IMG/VR virus record: IMGVR_UViG_3300037010_004533
Location: 1-62,148 of that record
DNA from: a virus
Lineage: Duplodnaviria; Caudoviricetes
Direction: 5' to 3' (one strand)
DNA: 62,148 bases
The notes below the pieces were generated by a model. It did no database searches, was not told the origin of the DNA, and saw only the letters and a program-made list of their open reading frames with translations. A program made the position numbers and the translations under genes. Below are positions 27,527 through 34,910 of the stretch, piece by piece (positions within the stretch are counted from its first letter, which is position 1; each line of letters starts with the position of its first letter).

Positions 27527-28446
27527 CAGGCCTCCGCGAGGTAATTGGCCGCCGCGATCTCAAGGAATCGCCAGCGGGTTTCCTTGGTCACGTCGGAGCT
27601 ACTCACGGCCTTCTCCAGGGCCTTGATGACGACATGGGCGACCTCAACCGGGATCTCGGTGGACCCGAAGACCGAGGCGATGGGCACCCATCGCTTCTGT
27701 TTGACGGCCGCCGCGCTCGGGGCGTCCCCGCCCGGCTCAAGGTAGCCCTCTTGCAGCTCGTCCAGGTGCCGGTAGAACACCGACAGGATGAGGTTCAGGG
27801 CCGTCGCCTTGTTCCCGATGCCGTGAGAGTCGCCGATCATCGAGAGGGCGTCCTGGAACCGCTCATATTCCCGCATCGGGACAACCCAATGCTCGCCCTT
27901 GGCGACCGCTTCTGCCTTGGCGAAGGCCTCCTTGATGGCCTCCAGCTCCTCCGGCAGGAAGCTCATGGTGAGGTGGGACCACTCGAGCACCTGGAAGGGG
28001 GTCGAGTCGGCCTGGACCTCCTCCAGGAGCTTCAGCGTCTTGTCGTCCAGGCCCGCGTATTCCTTGTAATCCAGGCCCTCGATCTCCTCGTAGAGCATCT
28101 TAAGCGTGGCCGGGTCGTCCTCGCCGTTGATCGCGTTGTGACTGATCTGGATGCCGAGGATCTGGTCACGGCTCAGGTTGTCGTCCGTCACCATCACGTC
28201 GATCTCTTCGAGCCCCGCCTGCTTGGCGGCCATCGTCCGATGGTTGCCCGAGATGATCTTGTAGCGGCCCGTCTCCCGGCTGAGCACCCCGAAGGGGATG
28301 GAGGTGAGCCCGCCGTCGCGCTTGACGTTCTTCACGAGCTGCTGGAACTGCTCGTGACGCATGAAGCGGGCGTTCACCTCGAGAAGCTCCAGGTCCTTCA
28401 CCGGGATCCGCTTGATGGTCGTCTTGATCTTCTCCATGGCCTGCAT
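27526..28446 (-). CDS. ParB/Sulfiredoxin N-terminal domain protein
   Basis: NARFM...LVKNV..DG and IISGNHRTMAA motifs; start re-called at MQAMEK. Confidence 0.8.
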   Translation of the reverse strand: MQAMEKIKTTIKRIPVKDLELLEVNARFMRHEQFQQLVKNVKRDGGLTSIPFGVLSRETGRYKIISGNHRTMAAKQAGLEEIDVMVTDDNLSRDQILGIQISHNAINGEDDPATLKMLYEEIEGLDYKEYAGLDDKTLKLLEEVQADSTPFQVLEWSHLTMSFLPEELEAIKEAFAKAEAVAKGEHWVVPMREYERFQDALSMIGDSHGIGNKATALNLILSVFYRHLDELQEGYLEPGGDAPSAAAVKQKRWVPIASVFGSTEIPVEVAHVVIKALEKAVSSSDVTKETRWRFLEIAAANYLAEA

Positions 28447-29840
28447 TAGTCCGCCTCCGGGCGAGTGCCCTTGACCGAGTGCTTTTCGCACCAAATCCGC
28501 AAGGCCTCTTTGAGGGTCCACTTACCCATCTCAAGGCCGTAGTTCAGCTTGTAGGGGCGGCCGTTCACGTCGCTCTTGTCGCCCTCTTCCTTCCTGGAGA
28601 TCAGTTCCAGGACGCCGCGATACTTCATGCTCACGGGCTTCTTGCAGAAGGCCGTCGTAACCACGCCGCTGATCTTCTTCTGGAACTGCTGGCGGGCCAG
28701 GGTTCGGCTCTCCAGCGAGGCCGCAGCGAGCACGATGAGCTTGGCGAGCCGCTTGTATTGCGTCGGCTCCACCGGGAAGTCCGAGAGCTGATAGACGGCC
28801 GGGAGCGGAATCTTGCCCCGGAAGGCGCCCTGCACCTGGGAGTCTCCCTCGGCAAAGGCGAAGGACCCGGCCACCTTCCCATCCACCAGGACGACGTATC
28901 CGCTGGAGGCGGCGGCCGGCTTGATGTTCCGGTTCAGGTATTGGCTGCGGAGGGCCTGGAACTCCCCGCCCGTGATCGGCCGGATGGCGATAGTGCTCTC
29001 CGGCGTGATCTCGTCCGTGGGCGCAAGCCTTGGCACGAGGTAGGGTATGATCTCCTGGTGGGGCGTCACGAGGCGCGGGGCGTTCTCGTGGCGACCGGCG
29101 TAGACCCAGCTCACGGCGCCCCGGTTCGTCGTCTGCGCCCGTCCAACCAGGCACTCCTCCAGGCCAGCGATCTCCTCCCCGAAGGTGATGAGCGCCCAGC
29201 GGTCGGTCTTGGCCCGCATGGCGTCCACGGCTTCGATAAGCTGGGGTTTCTTCCAAGGCTGGGGATCCACGTCCCACCCGAAGAGGTCCTGCACGTTCCG
29301 GTCGAGGCCGAGCGGCTGGGGCGGGATCAGGATGAGCCCGTGCTCGGTAGGCGCCGCATGGATCGCGTCCATGACCGAGGCCCGGGAGAAACCCGCCAGC
29401 TTGAACTCCGTGCCCTCCAGGCGGATCACCTGCTTCCCGTGGAGTGCGGGGAACTGCTTCCGGTAGGCGTCCGCGATCCTGGCGTAGAACGGGTTGGCCC
29501 CCCGCTTGAGCCAGCTCAGGGCGAGGTCCTTGAACAGCATGACCGTCGCCAGCCGAGCCACCGGCGTCTCCATGAAGGGGGCGAGCCAGTCCAGTTCCTC
29601 GGCGTAGGCCGGGGACACGCCGACCTCGACCTTGCCTCCCGAGTAGTAGTCGCCGATGCAGCACGGGATCAGGTCCAGGTCCGACCCGTAGACCTTCAGG
29701 GGTGTCGCCGCTGCCAGGGCCCGCTCAACGGGAAAGAGCCCGGAAGCCGTCACCGTGACGGCCCCCGGGCCCCACTTCTTCACTTCTTGCACCAGGACAG
29801 ACTTCGTAGCGCCCGGGATCTTGAAACCCCCCAGCGGCAT
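28446..29840 (-). CDS. Putative DNA-modification (antirestriction) protein: degenerate adenine-MTase-like N-terminal half plus GNAT/Mom-like C-terminal half
   Basis: ASGLFPVER/GSDLD and IPPQP (PP motif lacking the aromatic residue); C-terminal VLVDGKVAGSFAF, YQLSDF, RLAKL, TTAF...SMKYRG; context with ParB and terminase. Family recognised from memory only. Confidence 0.6.
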   Translation of the reverse strand: MPLGGFKIPGATKSVLVQEVKKWGPGAVTVTASGLFPVERALAAATPLKVYGSDLDLIPCCIGDYYSGGKVEVGVSPAYAEELDWLAPFMETPVARLATVMLFKDLALSWLKRGANPFYARIADAYRKQFPALHGKQVIRLEGTEFKLAGFSRASVMDAIHAAPTEHGLILIPPQPLGLDRNVQDLFGWDVDPQPWKKPQLIEAVDAMRAKTDRWALITFGEEIAGLEECLVGRAQTTNRGAVSWVYAGRHENAPRLVTPHQEIIPYLVPRLAPTDEITPESTIAIRPITGGEFQALRSQYLNRNIKPAAASSGYVVLVDGKVAGSFAFAEGDSQVQGAFRGKIPLPAVYQLSDFPVEPTQYKRLAKLIVLAAASLESRTLARQQFQKKISGVVTTAFCKKPVSMKYRGVLELISRKEEGDKSDVNGRPYKLNYGLEMGKWTLKEALRIWCEKHSVKGTRPEAD

Positions 29841-29859
29841 TAGGTTCCCCCTCCGTGAT

Positions 29860-29929
29860 TGGAGCGGGCCCCAGGACTTGAACCTGGATCATGCGCGGGG
29901 AGCGCCGGTCTTACTTAAACGAGGCCCGC
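29860..29929 (-). tRNA. Non-canonical tRNA-Gly(CCC), 70 nt
   Basis: GCGGGCC TC GTTT AAGTA AGAC C GGCG CTCCCCG CGCA TGAT CCAGG TTCAAGT CCTGG GGCCCGC T CCA: perfect acceptor and T arms, U73 and encoded CCA; short D loop without GG; shortened anticodon stem. Confidence 0.85.
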
Positions 29930-29972
29930 TTGGCTCTCGATTCCCCAGCATGGAGCGGGCCACCCTGGGCTG

Positions 29973-29993
29973 TATATTTGCCCAGGTAAAGAA
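29973..29993 (-). promoter_or_regulatory. Late-promoter box upstream of tRNA/modification/terminase operon
   Basis: TTTACCTGGGCAAATATA, with CATGCT 24 nt after GGGCAAA. Confidence 0.7.
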
Positions 29994-29995
29994 AT

Positions 29996-30520
29996 TCAGC
30001 ATCCGAAGAGGTCCGCCTCGGCGAAGAGGGACGGCTGGAGATTCGCAGCCGCCTTGACTTCCTTCTTGGTCGCAGGCTTCACGGCCGTAGCCGGCGTGGG
30101 CGCGGGCTTCGCGGACACCTTCGGGGCCTGGATGATCTCCAGCTCCTCGACGAGCTGGCCGGTCTTCTTCATCCACCACTCGCCGAACATGGTCCGGTGG
30201 CACCACTCGCCTTTTCGCAGGTCCTCGAAGCAGAGGAGGATGAGGCCCTTCGCGCCGTAGGACTTGGCGAGCTTGTCGAGCACCGACTGGATCTTCTCGA
30301 CTCCGTAGCTGTCGAGGCGGGCCAGATACTCCGGCTCATACTGCGGCCGGGCCTTGTGGAGCATCTCCCGGCTCGGCATCAGCAGGTAGGCCTCGCCCTT
30401 GATCTGGTAGCGAGTGGCGAAGCGAGGAGCGCCGAGGCTGATCCGCACGGGGATGAAGCCCTTGCTCATCGCCTGGAGGATGCCCTCCTGGTTCGAGTAG
30501 AAGCTGGTGAAAATTTCCAT
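29996..30520 (-). CDS. DUF488-family protein
   Basis: IFTSFY...ISLGAP...LMPS...LLCFE...WCHR signature. Confidence 0.8.
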   Translation of the reverse strand: MEIFTSFYSNQEGILQAMSKGFIPVRISLGAPRFATRYQIKGEAYLLMPSREMLHKARPQYEPEYLARLDSYGVEKIQSVLDKLAKSYGAKGLILLCFEDLRKGEWCHRTMFGEWWMKKTGQLVEELEIIQAPKVSAKPAPTPATAVKPATKKEVKAAANLQPSLFAEADLFGC

Positions 30521-30537
30521 GCTGTCTCCTATGGTTT

Positions 30538-30566
30538 ATTATAGGGCATTATGCCCCTAGCCGCCA
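30538..30566 (-). promoter_or_regulatory. Sigma70-type promoter with GGGCA-N3-TGCCC operator upstream of DUF488
   Basis: TGGCGG-17 nt containing GGGCATAATGCCC-TATAAT, then AGGAG RBS. Confidence 0.72.
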
Positions 30567-30585
30567 CAGGAAATAGCCTTATTTT

Positions 30586-30867
30586 TCAATCCTTTTCGAG
30601 GTGCCTGTCCAGTCGTGCCACGAACTCGGCTATCTGCGTCCCAAGGGTCGAGATCGCAGCCTTCAAACCCTTCAGCTCGCCGCGCAGCGCCTCGAAGGCG
30701 GCCCTACTCTCGCCGTGGCCGTCCTTCAGCTCGGCGATGTCCTTGCCGTGCTCCTTGAGCTGCTCGTCGTGGACCTTCTGGCGCTCCAGGACGCGGCCCA
30801 TGGTCACGAGGATCCCGGCCAGGGTGACGAGGCCGATGGCTGCTTCAATGGCGTTCTCGAGGGTCAT
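30586..30867 (-). CDS. Membrane-anchored coiled-coil protein (lysis cassette end)
   Basis: N-terminal TM segment (AAIGLVTLAGILVTMG) plus coiled coil; start re-called. Confidence 0.65.
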   Translation of the reverse strand: MTLENAIEAAIGLVTLAGILVTMGRVLERQKVHDEQLKEHGKDIAELKDGHGESRAAFEALRGELKGLKAAISTLGTQIAEFVARLDRHLEKD

Positions 30868-31163
30868 TTCAGGGCCTCCGTAGGCTTCGCGGGGGTCGGA
30901 CGGTAGCCGTCGAGGATCTTCTCCAGCTCGAGCGCGTAGGCGATCCAATCGGAGAGGTCCTTGACGAGGGCCTGGGCTTTCGCCTGGGGCGTGGCCTCGG
31001 CCGGAAGGGTGGGGCAGATGGGGGCAGGGCGAGGGACAACCGGGGGAGCCGGGCACGGCACCGGCACCGGCACCTCGACGCGCTCGACGCGGACCTGCGG
31101 CTCCTTGATGCAGGCAGTCGAGAGGAGCATTGCGGCGATGGGGGGGAGCAAGAGCCTTCTCAC
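30864..31163 (-). CDS. Outer-membrane spanin lipoprotein (Rz1-like)
   Basis: Lipobox LSTA-C, Pro-rich VEVPVPVPCPAPP; start re-called. Confidence 0.75.
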   Translation of the reverse strand: MRRLLLPPIAAMLLSTACIKEPQVRVERVEVPVPVPCPAPPVVPRPAPICPTLPAEATPQAKAQALVKDLSDWIAYALELEKILDGYRPTPAKPTEALK

Positions 31164-31588
31164 TTCACGGCCCCCTGGATGGCGCCCGCCTCGCTGAACG
31201 CCCATTCCAGGGCCCCGGCGGGGTCGCTGGGCGGGGGGTTGAGCGTGAGCCTTGCGACGATGGCCTGGAACTCCTCCCGGGCCTTCCTGGCGTTCTCGAC
31301 AGCCTCTTTGGCCCTGGCCTTCTCCATCTCCCCGGCCGACCTGTATGCGTTGACGGCCTGCTCCAGCGTGAAGGCCCGGGCCTGCGTCGCCTTCAGGGTG
31401 AGCAGGTCTTGCGCCTTCTCAGCCTTCAGGTCGGCGATCTCCTGCCTGGCACCCTCGAGCTGGTGTCGGGAATACCAGAGCGCACCAGACAGCACCAGAA
31501 GAACGACGGCGACGGCGGCGATCACATACATCTCGATCTCCTTGAACATGGCCTCAATGGCGCCGCTGGCGATGCTAGGGATGAACAT
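31160..31588 (-). CDS. Inner-membrane spanin (Rz-like)
   Basis: Single TM plus long coiled coil, between endolysin and lipoprotein. Confidence 0.75.
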   Translation of the reverse strand: MFIPSIASGAIEAMFKEIEMYVIAAVAVVLLVLSGALWYSRHQLEGARQEIADLKAEKAQDLLTLKATQARAFTLEQAVNAYRSAGEMEKARAKEAVENARKAREEFQAIVARLTLNPPPSDPAGALEWAFSEAGAIQGAVK

Positions 31589-32135
31589 TGGAGACCTTCC
31601 TGATCTCGTCGCGGTAGCGGTAACAGTTCTTCACGTAGCCCTGGGTTTCCTTCGCGTGGGCTCCGGTCACAAGCGGGAGGGCCCGCAGCCATGCGTCTTC
31701 GCCCTGGAGACTCAGGCGTTCGGCTTGGCCTTGGGCCCTCTGTATGCTGAGGAGGCCCGCGTTATACGCGCCCAGGGCGCGGTCCCACCTCCCCGCCGTG
31801 CGGGCCTCCAGCCAGCCCATGTAGGCATGGTTGGCTCGGATTGCGGCGTCAGGATTGTCGGGGACATCGTTGGGCCCGACCCAGCCCATCTTCTTCGCGG
31901 TGGCCCAGGTCGGAGCCGTGAACTGTGCGAGGCCCCGGGCACACGGCACCCGGACCCCGTTCTTGACGATGTAGCTCTGCGCGTGGGGATTGAACCCGCT
32001 CTCGGCCTTGATCTGCGCGGCCCGGTCAGGCCAGCGACTACCCGCCACGGACTCGAAGAGGGGCTGGAAGGGGATGGCGGCGACGGCCGCGCTGGTCATG
32101 ACGGCGAACAGGGGGGCGATCAGGTGGCGGAGCAT
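31575..32135 (-). CDS. Endolysin, SLT lytic transglycosylase with N-terminal signal/SAR
   Basis: AESGFNP, GLAQF, AYNAG and ETQGYV motifs. Confidence 0.92.
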   Translation of the reverse strand: MLRHLIAPLFAVMTSAAVAAIPFQPLFESVAGSRWPDRAAQIKAESGFNPHAQSYIVKNGVRVPCARGLAQFTAPTWATAKKMGWVGPNDVPDNPDAAIRANHAYMGWLEARTAGRWDRALGAYNAGLLSIQRAQGQAERLSLQGEDAWLRALPLVTGAHAKETQGYVKNCYRYRDEIRKVSNVHP

Positions 32136-32329
32136 CAGAGCTTGGCCCTCACGAAGGCGTCCTTGGCCTCCAGCAGCTTCCGTAGGCCGGCCGACTTCTC
32201 GGGGCCGTCAGGCAGCTCCTCGTCCAGCTTCCGGGCCAGCTCGCCGATGGGCTCAGAGACGAGGCGCAGCGTGGCCGGCAGGTGGTCGTAGGCGAAGAAC
32301 TTCAGGATCGGGGAGGCGGACTTGCTCAC
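32135..32329 (-). CDS. 64-aa helical-hairpin protein, possibly Acb2/Tad1-like
   Basis: ILKFFAYDHLP...LPDGPEKSAGLRKLLEAKDAFVRA; start re-called to GTG overlapping the holin stop. Confidence 0.55.
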   Translation of the reverse strand: MSKSASPILKFFAYDHLPATLRLVSEPIGELARKLDEELPDGPEKSAGLRKLLEAKDAFVRAKL

Positions 32330-32793
32330 CGGATCACCTGGGCGAGCATGATGAAGATGCCGAGCAGGAGCGCGGCGAAGATCAGCCCGGCGTTCGCCGT
32401 CTTGGCGGCCTCGCTGCCCTCGGTATCCTTCGGGCGCCACTCCATGAGGTGCTCGCCGGTCTTGGTGCGGTCGATGACCTTGAACAGGAAGAGGGCCAGG
32501 AACACAGCCAGGGGGATCAGGACCATCGCCACCGTGCCTCGACCCAGGGCCGCGATGGCGAACAGGAGGCGCTCGCCGTCCTGCACCGAGTCGGTCGCAG
32601 GGCTCACGCTCGTCCAGGCCTGGATGACGTGGTAGACGCTCCAGGCGAGCAGGCCCACCGCGAGGGTCACGATGGCGAGCACCACGCGCCGGGAGGCCGG
32701 GGTCTGCTTGAAGCCGGGCTCCGTCACCGTGTTAGCGGCGTGAGAGAACCATCCCTTGATGGTCTGGATCGCGGTTCTGAGTGTCTCGAACAT
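32326..32793 (-). CDS. Putative holin
   Basis: Three hydrophobic segments; first gene of the lysis cassette. Confidence 0.65.
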   Translation of the reverse strand: MFETLRTAIQTIKGWFSHAANTVTEPGFKQTPASRRVVLAIVTLAVGLLAWSVYHVIQAWTSVSPATDSVQDGERLLFAIAALGRGTVAMVLIPLAVFLALFLFKVIDRTKTGEHLMEWRPKDTEGSEAAKTANAGLIFAALLLGIFIMLAQVIR

Positions 32794-32933
32794 CTGTCCT
32801 CCTAGTGGGAGGCCCGGAAGCTCAGAGGAGGAAGGGTGAGCCCCGGGCCAAGAGCACCGTCCCTCTCCTGGGGAACCGGCCGGGAGGAGACTTGCTGTGC
32901 TCCCGTTCAGCTTCGTCCTGGGGTCCGAGGGCG

Positions 32934-32955
32934 TCTATTTGCCCTGGTAAAGAAA
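32934..32955 (-). promoter_or_regulatory. Late-promoter box upstream of the lysis cassette
   Basis: TTTACCAGGGCAAATAGA, with GAAGCT 23 nt after GGGCAAA; immediately after the Mor stop. Confidence 0.7.
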
Positions 32956-32956
32956 A

Positions 32957-33448
32957 TCAGCCGGCCCGGTATTTCGACCTGTTCCCCTTCGCGTTCCGCT
33001 CCTCGTAGACGTATTTGTAAAGCTCCTTCTGCGTGATGCGGAAGCGCCGGCAGCAGTCCACGACGTTGTGCCCGTTGAACATCTTGGACAGCTCGGCCCG
33101 GAAACTCCAGCGGTCCACGGGCAGGTAGAGGACGCAGCCGCCGTAGTGGGAGCGGAACATGGCGGCGACCTCTTCGGCGGCCGTGGCCGCCTCCTCGTCC
33201 TCCATGCCGAGGGCGCCCAGCAGCTCGGTCGTCCAGATGGCGATCTCCGTGCAGATGCGCGGCGTGACGCTCGACTCCACGGGGGTCACGTAGGCCTGGA
33301 GGCCGCCCCAGTGGCGGAGGATCTGCCCCGTGAGCTGGCGAGCTGCAAGCATCGGATCCGTGGCCCCGACCTTCTCGAAGGCATCCCGCAGGAGCATCAA
33401 GGTCGTGGTGACGATCTCGGGCAGTTCGTGGCGCTCAGGGTCGATCAT
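32957..33448 (-). CDS. Mor/C-family late transcription activator
   Basis: HWGGLQAYV and HYGGCVLYLP (duplicated Mor motif); FNGHNV...RFRIT HTH. Confidence 0.85.
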   Translation of the reverse strand: MIDPERHELPEIVTTTLMLLRDAFEKVGATDPMLAARQLTGQILRHWGGLQAYVTPVESSVTPRICTEIAIWTTELLGALGMEDEEAATAAEEVAAMFRSHYGGCVLYLPVDRWSFRAELSKMFNGHNVVDCCRRFRITQKELYKYVYEERNAKGNRSKYRAG

Positions 33449-33457
33449 TCAGGGCTC

Positions 33458-34798
33458 CTAGTGTTCGTGGTAGGGCTTCTCGTCGGCGGTGACGGTGGCC
33501 TCGCCCTCCTGGACCTGGAACCGCTGGCACCAGCCCTCGAAGGACAGGGCCCTCTTCCAGTCGAGCGAGCCGTCGCGGTTCTTGCGAAGCGCGGCGTGGA
33601 TCTGGTTCTTGGCGTCGCGCCAGAGCATGAGGCTTACGGCGGCGTCCCGGGCGGGGCGGTCAGAGTCGGCCACGTCGCCATCGAACGGCTCCCTGCCGGC
33701 CGAATCCTGCTTGAGCTGGCCGAGGAGCACCACCCCCATCTCCGGCGCGACATCCTTGGCGAAGCTCGTGATGGCCTCCGACACCTTGGCGTAGCTGTAG
33801 GCTTCGCTCGAGCCCTTGGCGACGGCCGGGCGGCCGACGTGAGAGAACTGGTCGATCACCACGAGGTCCGTGCCGTGGCGCTCCCTGGCCTCCAGGATGG
33901 TCGCCTCGATCTCGGCCCAGGGGGTGCCCTGCCGAGGACTGATGATGCCGCCGTTGGCAAGGGTGGCAGCCCTGGACCGGAGGGCCTCAACCACGTTCGC
34001 GTCGTAGCGGCCTTCCTTCAGGAGCCTGGTGCTCACCTTGGCGTAATAGCTGGCGATGCGGGCCTGCGCGACCTTCTTGGGAAGCTCCAGGCTCACGAAG
34101 AGGGGCTTCTTGCCGCGCATGGCGGACTCGCACACAATCTGCGTCCCGAGGGCGGTCTTACCGACGCCGGGCCGGGCAAACACGCCCGTCACCTGCCCGG
34201 CTGGGATGGGAGCCACCAAATCGAGCGATTCGATGCCCCAAAATCCCCCGATGGATGCAGAGCCCTCGCGGAAGGCCTCGCCCTGCCCTGCCATCTCGAG
34301 GATCTCCAGCCACGAGCTGTAGGCTTCGCCCCGGCCCTCGCGCTGGATGTTGCCGAGCTGGGTCATCATGTTCCCGATGAGGGTGGCGATGTCCTCCTCG
34401 TCCTCGGCCGCGAGGCGCACCAGGGAGGCGCCCAGGCGGATCGCCTGCCGGCGCTTCAGGAGCAGGGTGAGCCGGTCGGTGAGCACCTGGGGGCGGCCCA
34501 CCTCCTCCGCGCCCAGCAGCTCGATCAGGCCAGGGAAGCCACCGACCCGGCCCAGGTTCTTCTGGCGCTCCAGCTCCACCTTCAGGTTCAGGGCGCCGAA
34601 CTCCTCGAACCGCTGGTCGATCAGGCCCACCAGGGCCTCGAAGACCGCCCGGTGGGCGGGGTGAACGAAGTGCTCAGGGGTGAGGCGCCCCGCCTCGCGC
34701 CGGGCGATCTTCTCGGCGCCCGGGGAGCAGAGGGTCGCCAGCAGGACCCGCTCGGCGTCGATGTCCTCGGGGAGCTTCTCGGGGAGCCACTCAGCCAT
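33458..34798 (-). CDS. dnaB: Replicative DNA helicase
   Basis: Walker A ARPGVGKT, FVSLE, VVIDQF, LGQL and KNRDG motifs; N-terminal AE..LL...F..PAHR..F. Confidence 0.92.
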   Translation of the reverse strand: MAEWLPEKLPEDIDAERVLLATLCSPGAEKIARREAGRLTPEHFVHPAHRAVFEALVGLIDQRFEEFGALNLKVELERQKNLGRVGGFPGLIELLGAEEVGRPQVLTDRLTLLLKRRQAIRLGASLVRLAAEDEEDIATLIGNMMTQLGNIQREGRGEAYSSWLEILEMAGQGEAFREGSASIGGFWGIESLDLVAPIPAGQVTGVFARPGVGKTALGTQIVCESAMRGKKPLFVSLELPKKVAQARIASYYAKVSTRLLKEGRYDANVVEALRSRAATLANGGIISPRQGTPWAEIEATILEARERHGTDLVVIDQFSHVGRPAVAKGSSEAYSYAKVSEAITSFAKDVAPEMGVVLLGQLKQDSAGREPFDGDVADSDRPARDAAVSLMLWRDAKNQIHAALRKNRDGSLDWKRALSFEGWCQRFQVQEGEATVTADEKPYHEH

Positions 34799-34910
34799 GG
34801 AGCACCTCCCGACAATCGCTCAGGAGCACCAGGGCGGCGCCCAGGCCGGCGGGGATCCCGAGGATCAGCCAGAGGTTGTCCAGGAACCAGTTCACGAAAC
34901 GCTCGATCAT
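34791..34910 (-). CDS. Small membrane protein
   Basis: MIERFVNWFLDNLWLILGIPAGLGAALVLL; overlaps both neighbours. Confidence 0.5.
   Translation of the reverse strand: MIERFVNWFLDNLWLILGIPAGLGAALVLLSDCREVLHG

Noticed and set aside
27526-28446. ParB-like gene as the partner of parA
   Set aside because: It lies ~19 kb from parA, is coupled to the modifier and terS, and parA already has an overlapping small partner.
29860-29929. tRNA sequence as an attP core or decayed host tRNA fragment
   Set aside because: It is full-length with paired acceptor strands, internal to an operon, behind its own promoter box and far from the recombinase.
15232-33448. Transposable Mu-like phage
   Set aside because: Mu-like head genes and Mor are present, but no DDE transposase, MuB or Mu-type ends were seen.
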